Positions 12,531-26,157 of a DNA stretch of 64,000 nucleotides are shown in pieces. A program made the translations under genes and the position numbers. Below the pieces are notes generated by a model. That model did no database searches, was not told where the DNA came from, and worked only from the letters and a program-made list of their open reading frames with translations. How positions within the stretch are numbered: the first letter of the stretch is position 1; every line of letters begins with the position of its first letter. The DNA comes from Octopus vulgaris (taxonomy: Eukaryota), in the NCBI GenBank assembly GCA_951406725.2, contig OX597828.1:60078001-60142000 (forward strand). The letters are read 5' to 3'.

Positions 12531-13662
12531 TTAATCTTTCTTTCACTTTCTACTTTCTTTTTCCTCTAAGCAGTTACGACAGCAAAAGCTGATTGCATCA
12601 TTTTCTTGAAATTGGAGCAAATGTTTTCCATGTTCATGTTTGAATTTTTTGCATTTCTACAATATTTTTTGCATTTATTCATTCTCAAACTGGATGAGCA
12701 TATAACAACAAGCCAGTTGACACAAAAAATATCTAGTGAGACTTCTTTATCAATGTACCTGAAGAGACCCAGACTGATGGCTCAAAACCTGTTTTACCTA
12801 ATAAAAGTCTAATACGAAATCCATCTCCTACTATCAATACTATACACACACACATACACATATAGCAGATTTAGACCTATTGAATAGAAAAGAACCATAC
12901 ACACCATGAACCTTTCATTTTACTCTGAAGGGTCATAAGCCCAGTTTCCAATCTAAACCCTGTATCCTGTTAATCTGTGTTAATCTGTCTCACTGACCAT
13001 GACTTAAGCAAAATTAGTAAAACAATTACAAATAGAATATTACCCTGAGTCAAGGATAATGTAGGGTTCTCCCTTTGAAATTCTACTGGTAACATTATCA
13101 CATGGTTTCACTCCCTCAATGACAAACATCATATTAATTTCTTTCAATCTGATATATCTGATTACTGTGCATCAGTATCACCCATCCTATTGGGCGAAGC
13201 ATTAACCTTTGCCCGAAACTATCTAGCCATTTCTGCATCTGATATAGACCTAATTTTAGCACCTAGAAAAACTCTCATCAACTTCAATGATAATAACTGG
13301 ACTTGAAACACATCCTCAAACTTTTGGACTCATGTGATTCAGCCCAAATAACAGACCTTGTGAACTTATTCCTCCTTTCGCAATTTAAGCGATATTTTCA
13401 TAACATTTCCAGTGGTTTCTATAGACATGATGCACTTTTTGCAGCTAAAAATTTATCCCATCTGGAGATTGAATGCATTAAGAAATCTTTGATGAAATTC
13501 TTGAAAAATTATAATTTAAATTACGGAGATGTACTTGCATAGCGAGTGACTTGATCTGAGATCGTGTGCTGGAACAAAAACAATTGCAGCATGGCAGGTG
13601 TTTATAAGCCATTTAAGAAACACACAAAAACCGTTAGATTCACTTCAACATTTTAAGTTTAA

Positions 13663-13713
13663 TTTGTCAAAATATTTTCGTTGCTTTGAGACCGCAACCT
13701 GTTCACTGACAAA
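13663..13713 (-). ncRNA. Minimal hammerhead variant with G3-C8 core, within a pLTR-like repeat (~13520-13745)
   Basis: Reverse complement TTTGTCA-GTGAACA-G-GTTGC..GCAAC-GAAA-ATATTT-TGACAAA: 7 bp stem I, 5 bp stem II, palindromic stem III. Confidence 0.7.
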
Positions 13714-13744
13714 ACTTTGTGCTGCATCTGAGAAAGTAACAGTT

Positions 13745-14575
13745 CATGATATATATGTACGTATGTATGTGTGTGTATGTATTTATGTATGTATGTGCGT
13801 ATGTATGTGTGCACATGTATGTGCGCATGCATGTGTGCATGCCTATACACATGTATGTATGTGCTTATGTTCTTACATATGTATGTGAGTATTTAGGAGA
13901 GTGTGTAGACGTGTCTGTGTACATGTTTATGTAATGATATGTGTCAGTTCAAGTTGTATACATGACTGTTACCTTGTTGAAGGTTGTATATATACACACA
14001 TATACATTTATATAGACACACACACACACATGTGTGTGTGTGTGCGTTTGTGCCTCTCACCACCATCTAACAGTGAATGGATACATCTTAGATTAACCTT
14101 ATACATATATACAAGTAAACACAATCATATAGACACTTACACATACTCACAAATATACGTATAATCTTAAAGTATACACACATATACGCTCATCCATCTC
14201 TACATACATATATACATATACACAAACATACATACACATATATATACATATATATGACACTCTTTTCAAGAACAACAGTTAAAATTCAAACTTGCTTTAT
14301 TTTATTTTATTTATTCTTTTTTTTAAATTTATTTTTTTACATGCATGCATACATATATAATACATATATATTCTATATATATATTTACACATACTCATAT
14401 GTGCATGCATGTACATACTTGTACACTAACATACACACATATACATCTACACATACGTACATACATATCAAACAATGTATGCTTATACAGTTATCTATAA
14501 CTGCATATATGTATTTTAGTACTATGCATTTCAACATGTAGGCATGGATTACTACATGTATTACTACATGCAATT
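13745..14575. repeat. TG/CA/TA-rich compound microsatellite region
   Basis: Visible. Confidence 0.85.
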
Positions 14576-15409
14576 GTTATAATTTAAATATTGTATTTGA
14601 AATGGATAATAAGGTACAAATAAGATACAAACTGAAAATTAAAGTTGCCAATTTCATCACAAGAACTAACTCACAAATCTAATACTATGGCCTCCTCTTT
14701 AAGCAAACCAATTAAATTTATTAAAAAAAAGCATTTATGGATAACACCTGAATATATAATGTGTCATTTAGGAATTACCATAACATCATAAATAGCTATT
14801 CTATCTTCAACAAGTCATTTGTGAAACTCTTATATTCCACTACACCAAATTGTATCGATTATAGCCTCCATTAATAGATCCAAAACTTAGACTTAAGATG
14901 TCTACCCACTCAAACCCTTGTGTTGCACTCCATAACTCAAAAACCCAAACTAATTCTTATAAAAATGATATGCCAGGCCACCCACTACTACTTGACCTCA
15001 GTTGAATAGAAGATTAATGATGAAACAAGAAGAAAAACATGTAATTGTTGCATCCTGGATCCTGTCTGCACAGAAATGTAGTTTATAAGTGCTTTTCCCA
15101 TCTTTTCAACCTTGTTTCATCCACCTTACTATTTCAGCATAGATCATAAACCCCTCTGCTATTAGCTCTGTTCATTATTCTGTCTAGTAACATACCATCA
15201 TGTAAATATAGTTTTCAAATAGGCTCGTCTTCCTTGCTGTTCCCTTAAGATAACCTTACATGTTCATTGACTCATTCAGCTATTAAAGTTATCACACAGT
15301 TACTTATTTATACCCTAAGTTTTGTCTTAGAATGTCCGACGGACAACTCTCAGATGTTTTTGTTCTCAAGTCTATTTTCTCTATTATCAACACTTGCTGT
15401 CTTGTTTAA

Positions 15410-18400
15410 ACCATGCTAAGCAGACCCATCCCTAGTTCAAGGTTCGACCGCCCTCCCACCCCCTCCAGCCTTACCGGAAGTTCCTATTATCCCTATCCTA
15501 TGTCAACCCTGGGTTGCCTCCCATGAACTCTACAAAAGGTTGTATGCCTTCCCCACCCCTAGTCTAGGGCTATCTCCTATGTTAGGTAGTGATCATATAG
15601 TGCAAAATATGAAAGGGTAGTGTTATGCAGGTTGAACTGAAGGCTACTGTATTGTTTGTCTATGAATTCTGCCAAATGCGAGTTTTCTTTTCAGGTACAT
15701 GAAGCCACTGTCCCCCACCCCAGGGTCTCACGAGCCCATACCTCCCACACCCTCAGGATTGGCACATTGAAAGGTAGGTCTAGTGAGATTGTTGAGATGT
15801 GTTGATATATGCTGCATCCAAGAAGTAAAGTGGAGAGGATGTTCTGCTAGGTTCCTCACAGGCAAAGAACACAGGTACAAGATTTTATGGGCTGGAAACA
15901 CTGACAGGGTCGGGGGCTTTGGTATACTTCTTGCTGAAAAATGGGTAGATAAGGTAATTGAGGTAGTCAGAGTATGCAACAGAATACTTAAAATTAGATT
16001 AATGTTTCACCATGGGTTAGCAACCATTATATCGGCCTACGCCCCTCAGTCGAGGCTACCCGATGGACAACTTTCGCCACATTCCAGGGAGAAAAACTAG
16101 AAATAGTTGATAGCTTCCATTACCTAGGTGACCAAGTCAGTAGCGGGGGTGGGTGGGCTGAAAGTGTAACTGCCAGAGTAAGAATAGCCTGGGCAAAGTT
16201 CAGAGAGCTCTTACCTCTGCTGGTGACAAAAGGCCTCTCGCTCAGAGTAAAAGGCAGACTGTATGACGCATGTGTACGAACAGCCATGCTACATGGCAGT
16301 GAAACATTGGCCGTGACTGCTGAGGATATGCGTAAGCTTGCAAGAAATGAAGCCAGTATGCTCCGATGTATGTGTAATGTCAGTGTTCATACTCGACAGA
16401 GTGTAAGTACCTTGAGAGAAAAGTTGGATCTAAGAAGCGTCAGATGTGGTGTGCAAGAGAGATGTTTGCGCTGGTATGGTCATGTGACAAGAATGGATGA
16501 AGATAGTTGTGTGAAAAAGTGCCACACCCTACTGCGGACTACCTCGTTGATGAACGACAGGGACCTTCTTTTTGTGGCTGGTGACTTCAATGGACATGTT
16601 GGACAGCATACAAGGGGCTTCCATGGCATACATAGAGGCTATGGCTATGGTTCCCGCAATGAGGAGGGAACCAGGCTGCTGGAGTTCTGTGATGCAAATG
16701 ATCTTATGGTTTGCAATACTAACTTCAGGAAACCTACCTGTCACCTTGTCACCTACCGATCAGGCTGACATACTAGCCAAATTTACTACATCCTTGCCAG
16801 AAAAAGGGAAAGATGGCTGCTTATAAATGCCAAAACCTTCCCAGGTGAAGAATGTATCCCCACAACATAGACTGGTAGTTAGTGACTTTAGGATCAGGAT
16901 TAAGTGGACGCCCAGAAGGCGACGAACATGGAAAAGAAGGGTCTGGAAGCTTAAAGATCTTGCGAATGGACAGAGATTTAGAGACATATTACTCGAAGCC
17001 TTTGACGAAATAAATGAGGATATAGATTCACATAGTGTAGAAGACAACTGGAGGTTTCTAAGGGACAATCTGCTGAGAGCCACTGACCAGGTCTGTGGAT
17101 GGTGCAAAGTCCCCTCTCGACCCAAAATAACGTGGTGGTGGAACTATGATGTAGACAGGGCTATTAGAGAAAAGAGACAGGCTTGGAAGGACTGGAAGAA
17201 TGGTGGTAGCAGGGAATTGTATCAGACTCCCAAAAGAGAAGCTAGGAGACAGGTTTATTTAGCCAGAGGGGAAGCAGATAAGAAAAAATTTGCCAATGTT
17301 CTGCGCCAGGAGGACCAAAGACTTGAGGTATTTCGTGTTGCAAGACAGTGTGTGAGAGAGAATCGTGATGTGGTAGGAGAGAAATGTGTTCACATGGATG
17401 ATGGTACACTTGCGCTAAATGAGGATGCAAAGAGAGAGGTTTAGAGACGCCACAATGAAAGGTTGCTCAATATAGAAAATGAATGGGACAAAGAGAGTCT
17501 GCCGAATGTTGACCCAACAGAGGGATCAGCTATCTGAGTTGACAGTTCCTTGGTAGTTAAGGCAATTAGAAACATGAAAACAGGGAAAGCCCCAGGCCCA
17601 TCAGGAATTACTGCAGAGATGCTCAAAATATCTGGTAGTGTCGGTTATAGCCTAGTCACCCATATAGTTAACCAGGTGATACACGAAGGAGTCATACCCA
17701 ATGACTGGTGTAGCAGCATAATAGTCAACTGCTACAAAGGTAAAGGTGACGCCCTAGATACAAATAATTACAGAGGTATCAAGCTGTTGGATCAGGTAAT
17801 GAAGGTCACGCAGATGGTCATAGCCCATCTAATTAGAGAGAGAGTTAGTTTAGATGAGATGCAGTTTGGGTTTGTGCCAGGGAAAAGCACCACTGATGCT
17901 ATATTTCTGCTAAGACAGTTGCAGGAGAAATACCTAGCCAAAGATAAGCCCCTGTACCTGGCTTTCGTTGACATGGAGAAAGCCTTTGACAGGGTCCCCC
18001 GATCCCTTATCTGGTGGTCAATGAGGAAACTAGGGATAGATGAATGGTTAGTGAGAGCTGTGCGAGCCATGTACAGGGACGCTGCTTGTAAGTTGAGGGT
18101 TGGCAACGAGTACAGTGAAGAATTCCGGGTAGAGGTAGGGGTCCACGAAGGTTCAGTCCTCAGCCCCCTCCTATTTATCATAGTCCTCCAGGCAATAACG
18201 GAGGAATTTAAGACAGGATACCCCTGGGAGCTGCTCTATGCTGATGACTTTGCTCTAATTGCAGAGTCACTATCAGAACTGGAGGAGAAGTTTCAGATGT
18301 GGAAGCAAGGATTAGAATCAAAGGCCTTAGAGTCAACCTAGCTAAAACCAAAGTCCTAATAAGTAGGAAGGTAGACAAATCACAATCGCCTTCAGGTAGA

Positions 18401-19640
18401 TGGCCCTGCTTGATCTGTAGAAAAGGCATAGGTAGAAACTCTATAAGATGCACCAAGTGTAAGCTATGGACACATAAGAGGTGCAGCAATGTCAAAGGAA
18501 GGCTAACTAGGAAGATAGTTTTTGTATGTGGCAGATGCTCAGGAGCAATAAACACTGAAAATGCGCAGAGACCAACTTCCGCCACATTCCAGGGAGAAAA
18601 ACTAGAAATAGTTGATAGCTTCCGTTAACTAGGTGACCAAGTCAGTAGCGGGGGTGGGTGTGCTGAAAGTGTAACTACCAGAGTAAGAATAGCCTGGGCA
18701 AAGTTCAGAGAGCTCTTACCTCTGCTGGTGACAAAAGGCCTCTCGCTCAGAGTAAAAAGCAGACTGTATGACGCATGTGTACGAACAGCCATGCTACATG
18801 GCAGTGAAACATTGGCCGTGACTGCTGAGGATATGCGTAAGCTTGCAAGAAATGAAGCCAGTATACTCCGATGTATGTGTAATGTCAGTGTTCATACTCG
18901 ACAGAGTGTAAGTATCTTGAGAGAAAAGTTGGATCTAAGAAGCGTCAGATGTGGTGTGCAAGAGAGATGTTTGCACTGGTATGGTCATGTGGCAAGAATG
19001 GATGAAGATAGTTGTGTGAAAAAGTGCCACACCCTAGCGGTTGAGGGAACCTGTGGACGAGGTGGTGAAGCACGGCCTTTGAACTTTAGGTCTCACCTAG
19101 GAAATAACCAGAGACTGAGACCTTTGGAAGTATGCTGTGCGTGAGAAGACCCGGCAGGACAAGTGAGACCATAACCTGTGGCCTCTACCTGCGACATAGC
19201 CAGCCCACTTATGCATACCTTTCCCTCTTGAGACACAAAACTCTATTTGTGAAGACCTGTTGAGGCAAGTGAGAATCAAAATCAAAATCGATCAACATCA
19301 ATGGAAATTGTAGCTGTGACACCACTGCCGGTAGCACGTAAGAGAACCATCTGAACGTGGCCGTTGCCAGCGCTGCCCTGACTGGTTCCCATGCCGGTGG
19401 CACGTAAAAAGCACCATCCGATCGTGGCCATTTGCCAGCCTCGTCTGGCACCTGTGCCGGTGGCATGTAAAAAGCACCCACTACACTCACGGAGTGGTGG
19501 GTGTTAGGAAAGGCATCCAGCCGTAGAAACATTGCCAAATCAGACTGGGCCTGGTGCAGCCTTGTGGCTTCTCAGACCCCAGTTGAACCGTCCAACCCAT
19601 GCTAGCATGGAAAGCGGATGCTAAACAATGATGATGATAT
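15410..19640 (+). mobile_element. Near full-length RTE LINE (APE endonuclease + RT + PHD), pseudogenised, with (GAT)n tail
   Basis: CCIQEVKWRG, SAYAPQ, VAGDFNGHVG, KAPGPSGI, QFGFVPG, FVDMEKAFD, GVHEGSVLSP, YADD; several stops and frameshifts; 5' boundary uncertain (15410-15700). Confidence 0.95.
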
Positions 19641-20183
19641 GTAGAGACACCTGTCACACATCAGATAAGGGTTTGCATAGGAAGCACTGTTGATTGTATG
19701 CATTGTTATAGGGCTCATTTGGATTCTTTTACTAACTTAAAATATAAATTCACAACAAACTGAAGCTAAAGAATATACAGTATTCATTATTGTGGTCGAT
19801 AATAGCAGAAGCCCCTCCCTGTAATACAATTACACGTCTGTAAACTATGTATTAAAAAATCTATAAACATTTTCTCTGATGCTATGTACTCTTCTAACCA
19901 TTGATACCATTCAGCATTTAAGCATTTTCATTAGTCTGGATAGATTGATCATTAAACTTTATAATTAGCTACATTCCACCTTATATACACTTTCGCACCC
20001 TCCCTCTCCTTCTTCTTAGTGAATAATTACTTGCTTCTAATCTACCATATTTTCTAAATTTACTTCCTACAATTCTTGCTATAATATTTCCTCCTCCTGC
20101 TAACATGCATAGCTCTTTATAAAACCAAACACCCATTTTCTCATTATGACAGCATATGAGATGTGAATCTTTAACTAATACAT

Positions 20184-20256
20184 TCTCCCTGATGAAGGAG
20201 ACTCTAAAATATCCTTTCTTTGTATGGATTACTGTACCCTTGAAACAGCTTGAAAT
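20184..20256 (+). ncRNA. Degenerate hammerhead motif in a PLE pLTR-like remnant
   Basis: CTGATGA-AGG...CCTT-GAAAC-AGCT; cleavage site and stem I eroded. Confidence 0.45.
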
Positions 20257-20566
20257 TGAAGTACCTCCATATAATCATTGGAAGCTTAGCCTTCCATCTG
20301 GATGCTTAAATATTTCTCTATTTACCTTTACACGAGTATATTTTTATACATCAGTATAGTTTTTCTACCCACATATGTCTATTATATTTTTATATTTTTG
20401 TGTATCTGTAAATTTTTGATATTTTTCAATATTTTAGTGAGTGATACATTAAATATATTTTAATATATTTTGTATACACTGGTTTTTATTCTGAGTAAAT
20501 GTTGTATTATTATTTTAAATTGTTGAACCTACCTGAATTCTCCTTTTCAATGTAATATATATATGC

Positions 20567-22115
20567 CCTGGCAAAACACCTCCAGATTCTCTTCCAGAGC
20601 TTTCTTACAAATGGCAAACTGTCAAGCAAGCTGAAGGGGGGAATAATATGCCCAATACATAAAGGGGGAAGTAGAGCAGATGCCAAAAACTATAGGCCTA
20701 TCTCTCTGACATCACACATCAGCAAATTCGTGGAACATATAGTCAGAGGGAAACTAATCGCATTCCCTGAAGAAAATAACAGCATGGTTTTCGACCAGGT
20801 AGGAGCTGCCTGACCAAGCTCTTACAATACTATGACTGGGTGTTGAGGCAGTTACTCTACAAATCAAATGTGGATGTAATATACCTTGATTTTGCAAAAG
20901 CTTTTGACAAGGTGGATCATGGTATGATATGCCACAAACTGCATGACCTTGGCATAGCTGGAAAACTTGGAGAGTGGTTACAAGACTTCCTGAAAGATAG
21001 GAGTCAGGCAGTAGCTGCTAATGGAGCCACCTCTATGAACACACAAATAGTGAGCGGTGTTCCACAGGGTACTGTCTTGGGACCGCTGCTTCTTATAGTG
21101 GCCCTCTCAGATATGCCCGGATAGCCACACTTGCAAGCTATGCAAATGATACGAAAGTCTCGCAGAAAATACAGAACCCCAGTGATGTTGCACACCTGCA
21201 GCGGGAGTTGGACTCAATCTACAGATGGGCTGAGGATAATAATATGCAGTTTAATGCTGAAAAATTCCAGGTCCTTGGCTACCAGCATCCAAAACTGAAT
21301 AAGAAACTTACAGAGTACACCGGTCCACGGGGAATTTCAACCCCAGAACCTAAGTCAGTGAGGGACCTGGGTATCGGCATGAGTGATGATACCTCTTTCC
21401 AAGTGCACATTACCAGGATGGCTACAAAGTGTAGCCAACTGGCTGGATGGATCCTAAGAACATTCAGAACCAGAGATAAGGAAAACATAATGGTCCTCTG
21501 GCGGACATTCGACCTCAGCCACCTGGATTACTGCTCACAGCTATGGTCACCCACCAGTGTAAAATTAACAGTGGACATTGAAGCAATCAAGATAAGATTC
21601 ACAAAGAAGATCACCTCTTTGCAACATCTCAGCTACTGGGAAAGGTTGAAACAATTAAGATTCTACTCCCAGGAGAGAAAACAGGAGAGGTATGCAATAA
21701 TATATATCTGGAAGATCCTGGAAGGAATTGTGCCACATTTTGGCATTGAAAGCTACACTAATGCCTGAATGGGACGACACTGTATAGTGCCAAAGTTCCC
21801 AGCAATGCTATCATGCTTCAGGACCAGTTACTGCAACAGCTTGGGTTTCAAGGGCCCACAACTTTTTAATATTCTCCCAAAGAGTCTGAGGAACTTGCAC
21901 AAAGTAGATGTAGGGTTTTTTAAATCAAAGCTGGACCTCTTCCTGTCGAGAGTCCCAGATGAACCTACCTCACGGCAAGAGGTGCAAATGAAGGTAGCTA
22001 TATCAAACTCTATGCTTCACCAAATGCCACATATTAGAGGAGGCTCTTAGTAATAACAGTGTTGCAAAACAGCAGTGCATCAGCATGGCCATAGCTCCAA
22101 GCTGAAACTAGAGAA
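20567..22115 (+). mobile_element. 5'-truncated CR1-group LINE (RT to 3' end)
   Basis: YRPISLTS, YLDFAKAFDKVDH, SGVPQGTVLGPLL, LDYCSQLWSP, LSYWERLKQL. Confidence 0.9.
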
Positions 22116-23123
22116 AAAGACATATATGTATGTATGTATGTATAAAAATCAAATGACAAGGATATCAAGGTGTTAATGCAATAGGGCTGTTTCAAGCAGC
22201 ACCATTTAATTGAAGAATGCAAGCATTACATCAATTTGAAATACAATGCCATCTTCAGTTGCAAAAATACAGATTTTCAACAGACAGGATATTTTATTAT
22301 AATTTTTAGCAAATATTTTTTCAGAGCTAGAGAATGAAAGAATTTTATGCTGCCACTATTGTAGCAGAAAACAACTAAAATTTTGGAGTTAGCGAAGTAG
22401 ATCACAGTGGGGTTCATGAGATTATAATTCATTTCCAATTTTTATGTCTCGTTATCATCATCATCAGATCTAATGCAGCTAGTATATTGAGAATTAAGAT
22501 GACTAGGAGTTGACAGTTCAAATCTAGCTGCTGGTCATATATATTATTAGATGTTCTCCCAAACCTTAATTCCCTATGGCTATAAATTCCCATGACCCCA
22601 TAGAGAAAGAAATCTCAGAAGGAGTCAATTAGATAGTGGTAAATGCCCCAAAAAAGAGGTAAAGTAGGGGTGACATAAACTCTTTTATTAATATCCATTA
22701 GTAAAACTAGTAAAACATAGGATGCTACAATAAGATCGAGATGAGCATTAAGGGCACAGAGGGGAAAAATGATTTAATCAAAGTATAGTAAAATCTGTGT
22801 ATTATATTTTGCATAATAAAAGTAAAGTTTTAATATTTAGAAAGGGATATAAGAACCAGGTAAGAAAGATATGAAGGATATATATAGACCAATTTAAGCA
22901 TGATATTTAATTCTAGCAGAACTTTTAGGTGGTCATGATAAAAACCATTCAAACAATGAACCAAACTTACATCCAGAATTTATCTGGGAAAGCGGTAGAC
23001 ATTTTCGATTGATTGAAAACAAGGGATCAAAGGCAGAATAATAAAATAAATGGTTCTATAGAGGATAAACTTATTTAAAAATGTAACTATACAAAAAATT
23101 TTAACAATTATGAAGAGTCTTAA

Positions 23124-24211
23124 CCCTTTCGTTACCAAACTGCCCGAAACCGCCCGAAAAAAATTTTGGTTAATGTGACCAAACTGCCCAAAGCCGCCCG
23201 AATTTACCTATTCATATTTAAATGAGAATATCAGAGCAAATCTCTTTAGTACATTCGTGAAAATACGTATTATACTTCGTAAAGAGTTCAACTACAGTTT
23301 TGTACAAAAATCGAAGTGTAATTTTAATTCTGTGAATTTTGGGAGATTTTTTTCCGAAATTTGTTCCTATTGTGTTTTCAAAATTTGTAATTCTGACAAA
23401 AAATGGGTACGAATTTCATTATATCAAGCAGCGAGTCAGAATTCGAAGGATTTTCTACTGAAGACCTTGATAAATCTAACTCTATGACTGAAAAAAAAAA
23501 AAGCACGTGGTATTTGATAATGAATCTGATGTTTCATTTTCCGAAAGTGAAAACAGTGAATCCAAGAGCTCCGACAGCGATAAAGAAAATGAATTGGCAC
23601 CTGAATGGTGTGAAAATTTAAAAACTGTTTCTTTCGGTGATTTTTCTGAAGAAATTGGACCAAGCCACAGACTTTCCCAGGAGAGTAAAGCCTTAGACTA
23701 TTTCTTTTTACTTTTTCGAATGAGCCTATTTGAAATCATTACGGCAGAAACGAACCGTTACACTAAATGTAAGCAAAACGAAAGAAAGGATAGTTAGTGA
23801 TTTCCCATAACCTTAAATGAAATTAAGACTATTTTGCCATAAATATTATTATGGGTATCAGAAAGTTACTCAGAATAACAAATTCTATCATAAAATTTTG
23901 TTGTATACCCAATTGAATATTAGCTAATAACCCATTTTCTATAGCGATGTTTGAACAAAATTTTAATAATTTTATATTTTGTTGAATTTACCTGTATCTA
24001 CCTGCAATTAGAGTCACTTTGTGACAAAAATTATAGTATAGAATTGGTTGAGAACATTTCATTAAATTATCTTCCAAAAATCAGATTGATATATTGATAA
24101 ATAAAAAAGTTATAGTTGTTTAATGAAACCAGACTAAATTTATGATTATGTTAGAAATTAATTGAAACACATAAGGGATGTATTTTGGTCAGAAATATAG
24201 TAACGAAAGGG
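23124..24211 (+). mobile_element. piggyBac-type non-autonomous element (MITE) retaining transposase N-terminus
   Basis: TTAA on both sides; termini CCCTTTCGTTAC / GTAACGAAAGGG; acidic ESD-rich N-terminus plus LDYFFLLF..IITAETNRY. Confidence 0.92.
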
Positions 24212-24259
24212 TTAAAGTGTACAGTTATATAAGGAGATATAACAGTATGAAAATATGGC

Positions 24260-24310
<51 letters not shown>

Positions 24311-24364
24311 AAAAAAATACTCACACACACACATATATATATATAGAGAGAGAGAAAGAAAGAG

Positions 24365-24965
24365 AGGGGGGAGAATTCACGGAAAAATCAAAAGACGAAG
24401 ACAGGTGGTGTAGAAAACAAACAGATGTATTTGTATAACGCTCAGGAATTGAAAAAGTCTTTTATGTTTCGAGCCTACGCTCTTCTACAGAAAGGAACAC
24501 AGAAAAAAACAAAGAGAAAAAAAAATCTGTGTTGTGGCTACCGATCTATCATGGCGACTGCCGGACAGAAGGGTCACACAGAAGAGCGAAGAAGTAGGGG
24601 AGATAACAAAGTAGAGGTGATCAATGTGCGTGTGAAAGAGGGCTGGTGGTCTTGACGTGTGTAGGTGTGATGTGATGTGTAGTGTGGTGTTGTTAGGAGG
24701 TGGGGGGCAAGAGTGGGGAAAGCACAGGTGGGGGTGTAGGTTAGGCCTAGGTTTAGAGTATGTGGGTAGGCAGAGGGTGAGGGTAGAGGTGGGGTTTGTG
24801 GGAGAGGGTGTAAGGGATTGGATGGGAAGGATAGGGAAGGTGGAATAGAAATGTGTAGGGTTGGGGTGAGGGTTGACAATAAAGGGGGAAGCAGAAGGTG
24901 GGTATGAGAGAAAGAGAGAAGAGAAGTAGGAGTCGGAGCAAGAGAGGAGAGGTGGGTGGGAGGAA
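24365..24965 (-). mobile_element. Penelope-type pLTR/3' fragment
   Basis: Contains the hammerhead-like motif at 24459-24494; a related fragment occurs at ~50445-50545. Confidence 0.55.
24459..24494 (-). ncRNA. Minimal hammerhead variant (A6U core)
   Basis: Reverse complement CTTT-CTGTAGA-A-GAGC-GTAG-GCTC-GAAA-CATA-AAAG. Confidence 0.55.
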
Positions 24966-25171
24966 GTATATATATATATATATGTATATAAAGAATATAT
25001 TATAATTATAAAGTGTAATTATAAATAACTGAAAAAATATAAGTACCATATTGCGTTATATCTTATCATGTGTAATTGTGGCGAGAAGTTGCAACATACT
25101 TTGCAACTCATAGAATGTTACACCAGTATATGTGAAGGTAAATATGAGTGCAAAATGTAAAAATCTAACAA

Positions 25172-25436
25172 TCTCTCTCTATATAAAGCTGAAGTTGTCT
25201 GTGTGCGCCAGGTTTGGTAGCCTTCAACTAACACTATCTCCTCCGAGACGCTGCGGCGCAAGTTGACCAAAATTGAGAGTATGATAAAAGAAGTCTTGCT
25301 CTTCCTTCTGTAGAAGAAAAAATTGAAATCGGACCATGTTAACACCAAAAATTATTTACATCAAAAAGGTGCCTTTCAAAAATTTCAATTCTAAAGGGTC
25401 AAGACAAACCCGAGCAACACTAGGCGATACTGCTAG
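25172..25436 (+). mobile_element. Non-autonomous Helitron
   Basis: A|TC 5' end, CTAG|T 3' end, subterminal hairpin remnant CCCGAGCAACACTAGG; same ends as 31695-32081. Confidence 0.85.
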
Positions 25437-25689
25437 TATATGATAAAAATACAAAATAAAGAATAAAAAATTTATAAAAAGAACATGAAGATAAGAAATC
25501 AAATCAATAACAAATTAATAAGAAAAACATGTAAAGATAAGAGATCAAAATTAAAGACAAAAAATAAAAGCAATAATAGGTAAATATATAATAAGGATAG
25601 TTCAAGGTATTCCTAACAAAGTAAATCAAGGTGTAAATAATTTAAGATAAGGATATCATTGGATGTGGTTTTATAAAATATAATATTTT

Positions 25690-25910
25690 TTTCTTTATTG
25701 CCTACGGGGGGCTAAAAATAGAGGGGACAAACAGGGATAGACAAAAGGATTAAGTCGATTACATTGACCCCAGTGCATAACTGGTACTTATTTAATTGAC
25801 ACCAAAAGGATGAAAGGCAAAGTTGATCTTGGCGGAATTTGAACTCAGAATGTAATGGCAGACGAAATACCGCTAAGCATTTCACCCAGATTCTGCCAGT
25901 TTACTGCCCT
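25690..25910 (-). mobile_element. SINE (tRNA-derived type)
   Basis: GAATTTGAACTCAGAA is the reverse complement of a B-box-like motif; body shared with other copies in the window. Confidence 0.75.
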
Positions 25911-26157
25911 TAAAATATATTACAGGCATTATTGTATGTAGAAGTGTATAGTTCATAAGGAGTGTGAGACTTACCCAAGGGAGTCTTACTATCTGATAAC
26001 TCATTACAAATATACCTATTGTGACTGATAGGGCAGAAAGTCTTAGAATTGAAGGAAAGAACAGTGTAATCACTGTATAGGAGGAATTCAGACTAAACTG
26101 GCAGGGGTTACCAGAGGGCAATATTATATATAATACATTGTATAACATAATACACAA

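Larger units (their letters stand above)
12880..15400 (+). mobile_element. Highly degraded Penelope-like RT/thumb remnant interrupted by microsatellites and a pLTR fragment
   Basis: PFIL-LKGHKP-F remnant; DSCDSAQITDLVNLFLL and GFYRHDAL resemble the PLE motifs GSYDGAEICELVGLFLL and GLYRDDGL; 14590-15400 assignment is weaker. Confidence 0.55.

Noticed and set aside
15680-15700. Splice acceptor TTTTCTTTTCAG as a SHOC2 exon start
   Set aside because: Downstream sequence is the RTE 5' region/endonuclease with no LRR similarity; cryptic use cannot be judged from sequence
22600-23100. Possible further Penelope remnants (also 10450-10680, 11400-11950, 19640-19900, 45290-45820)
   Set aside because: Too degraded for me to support with clear motifs
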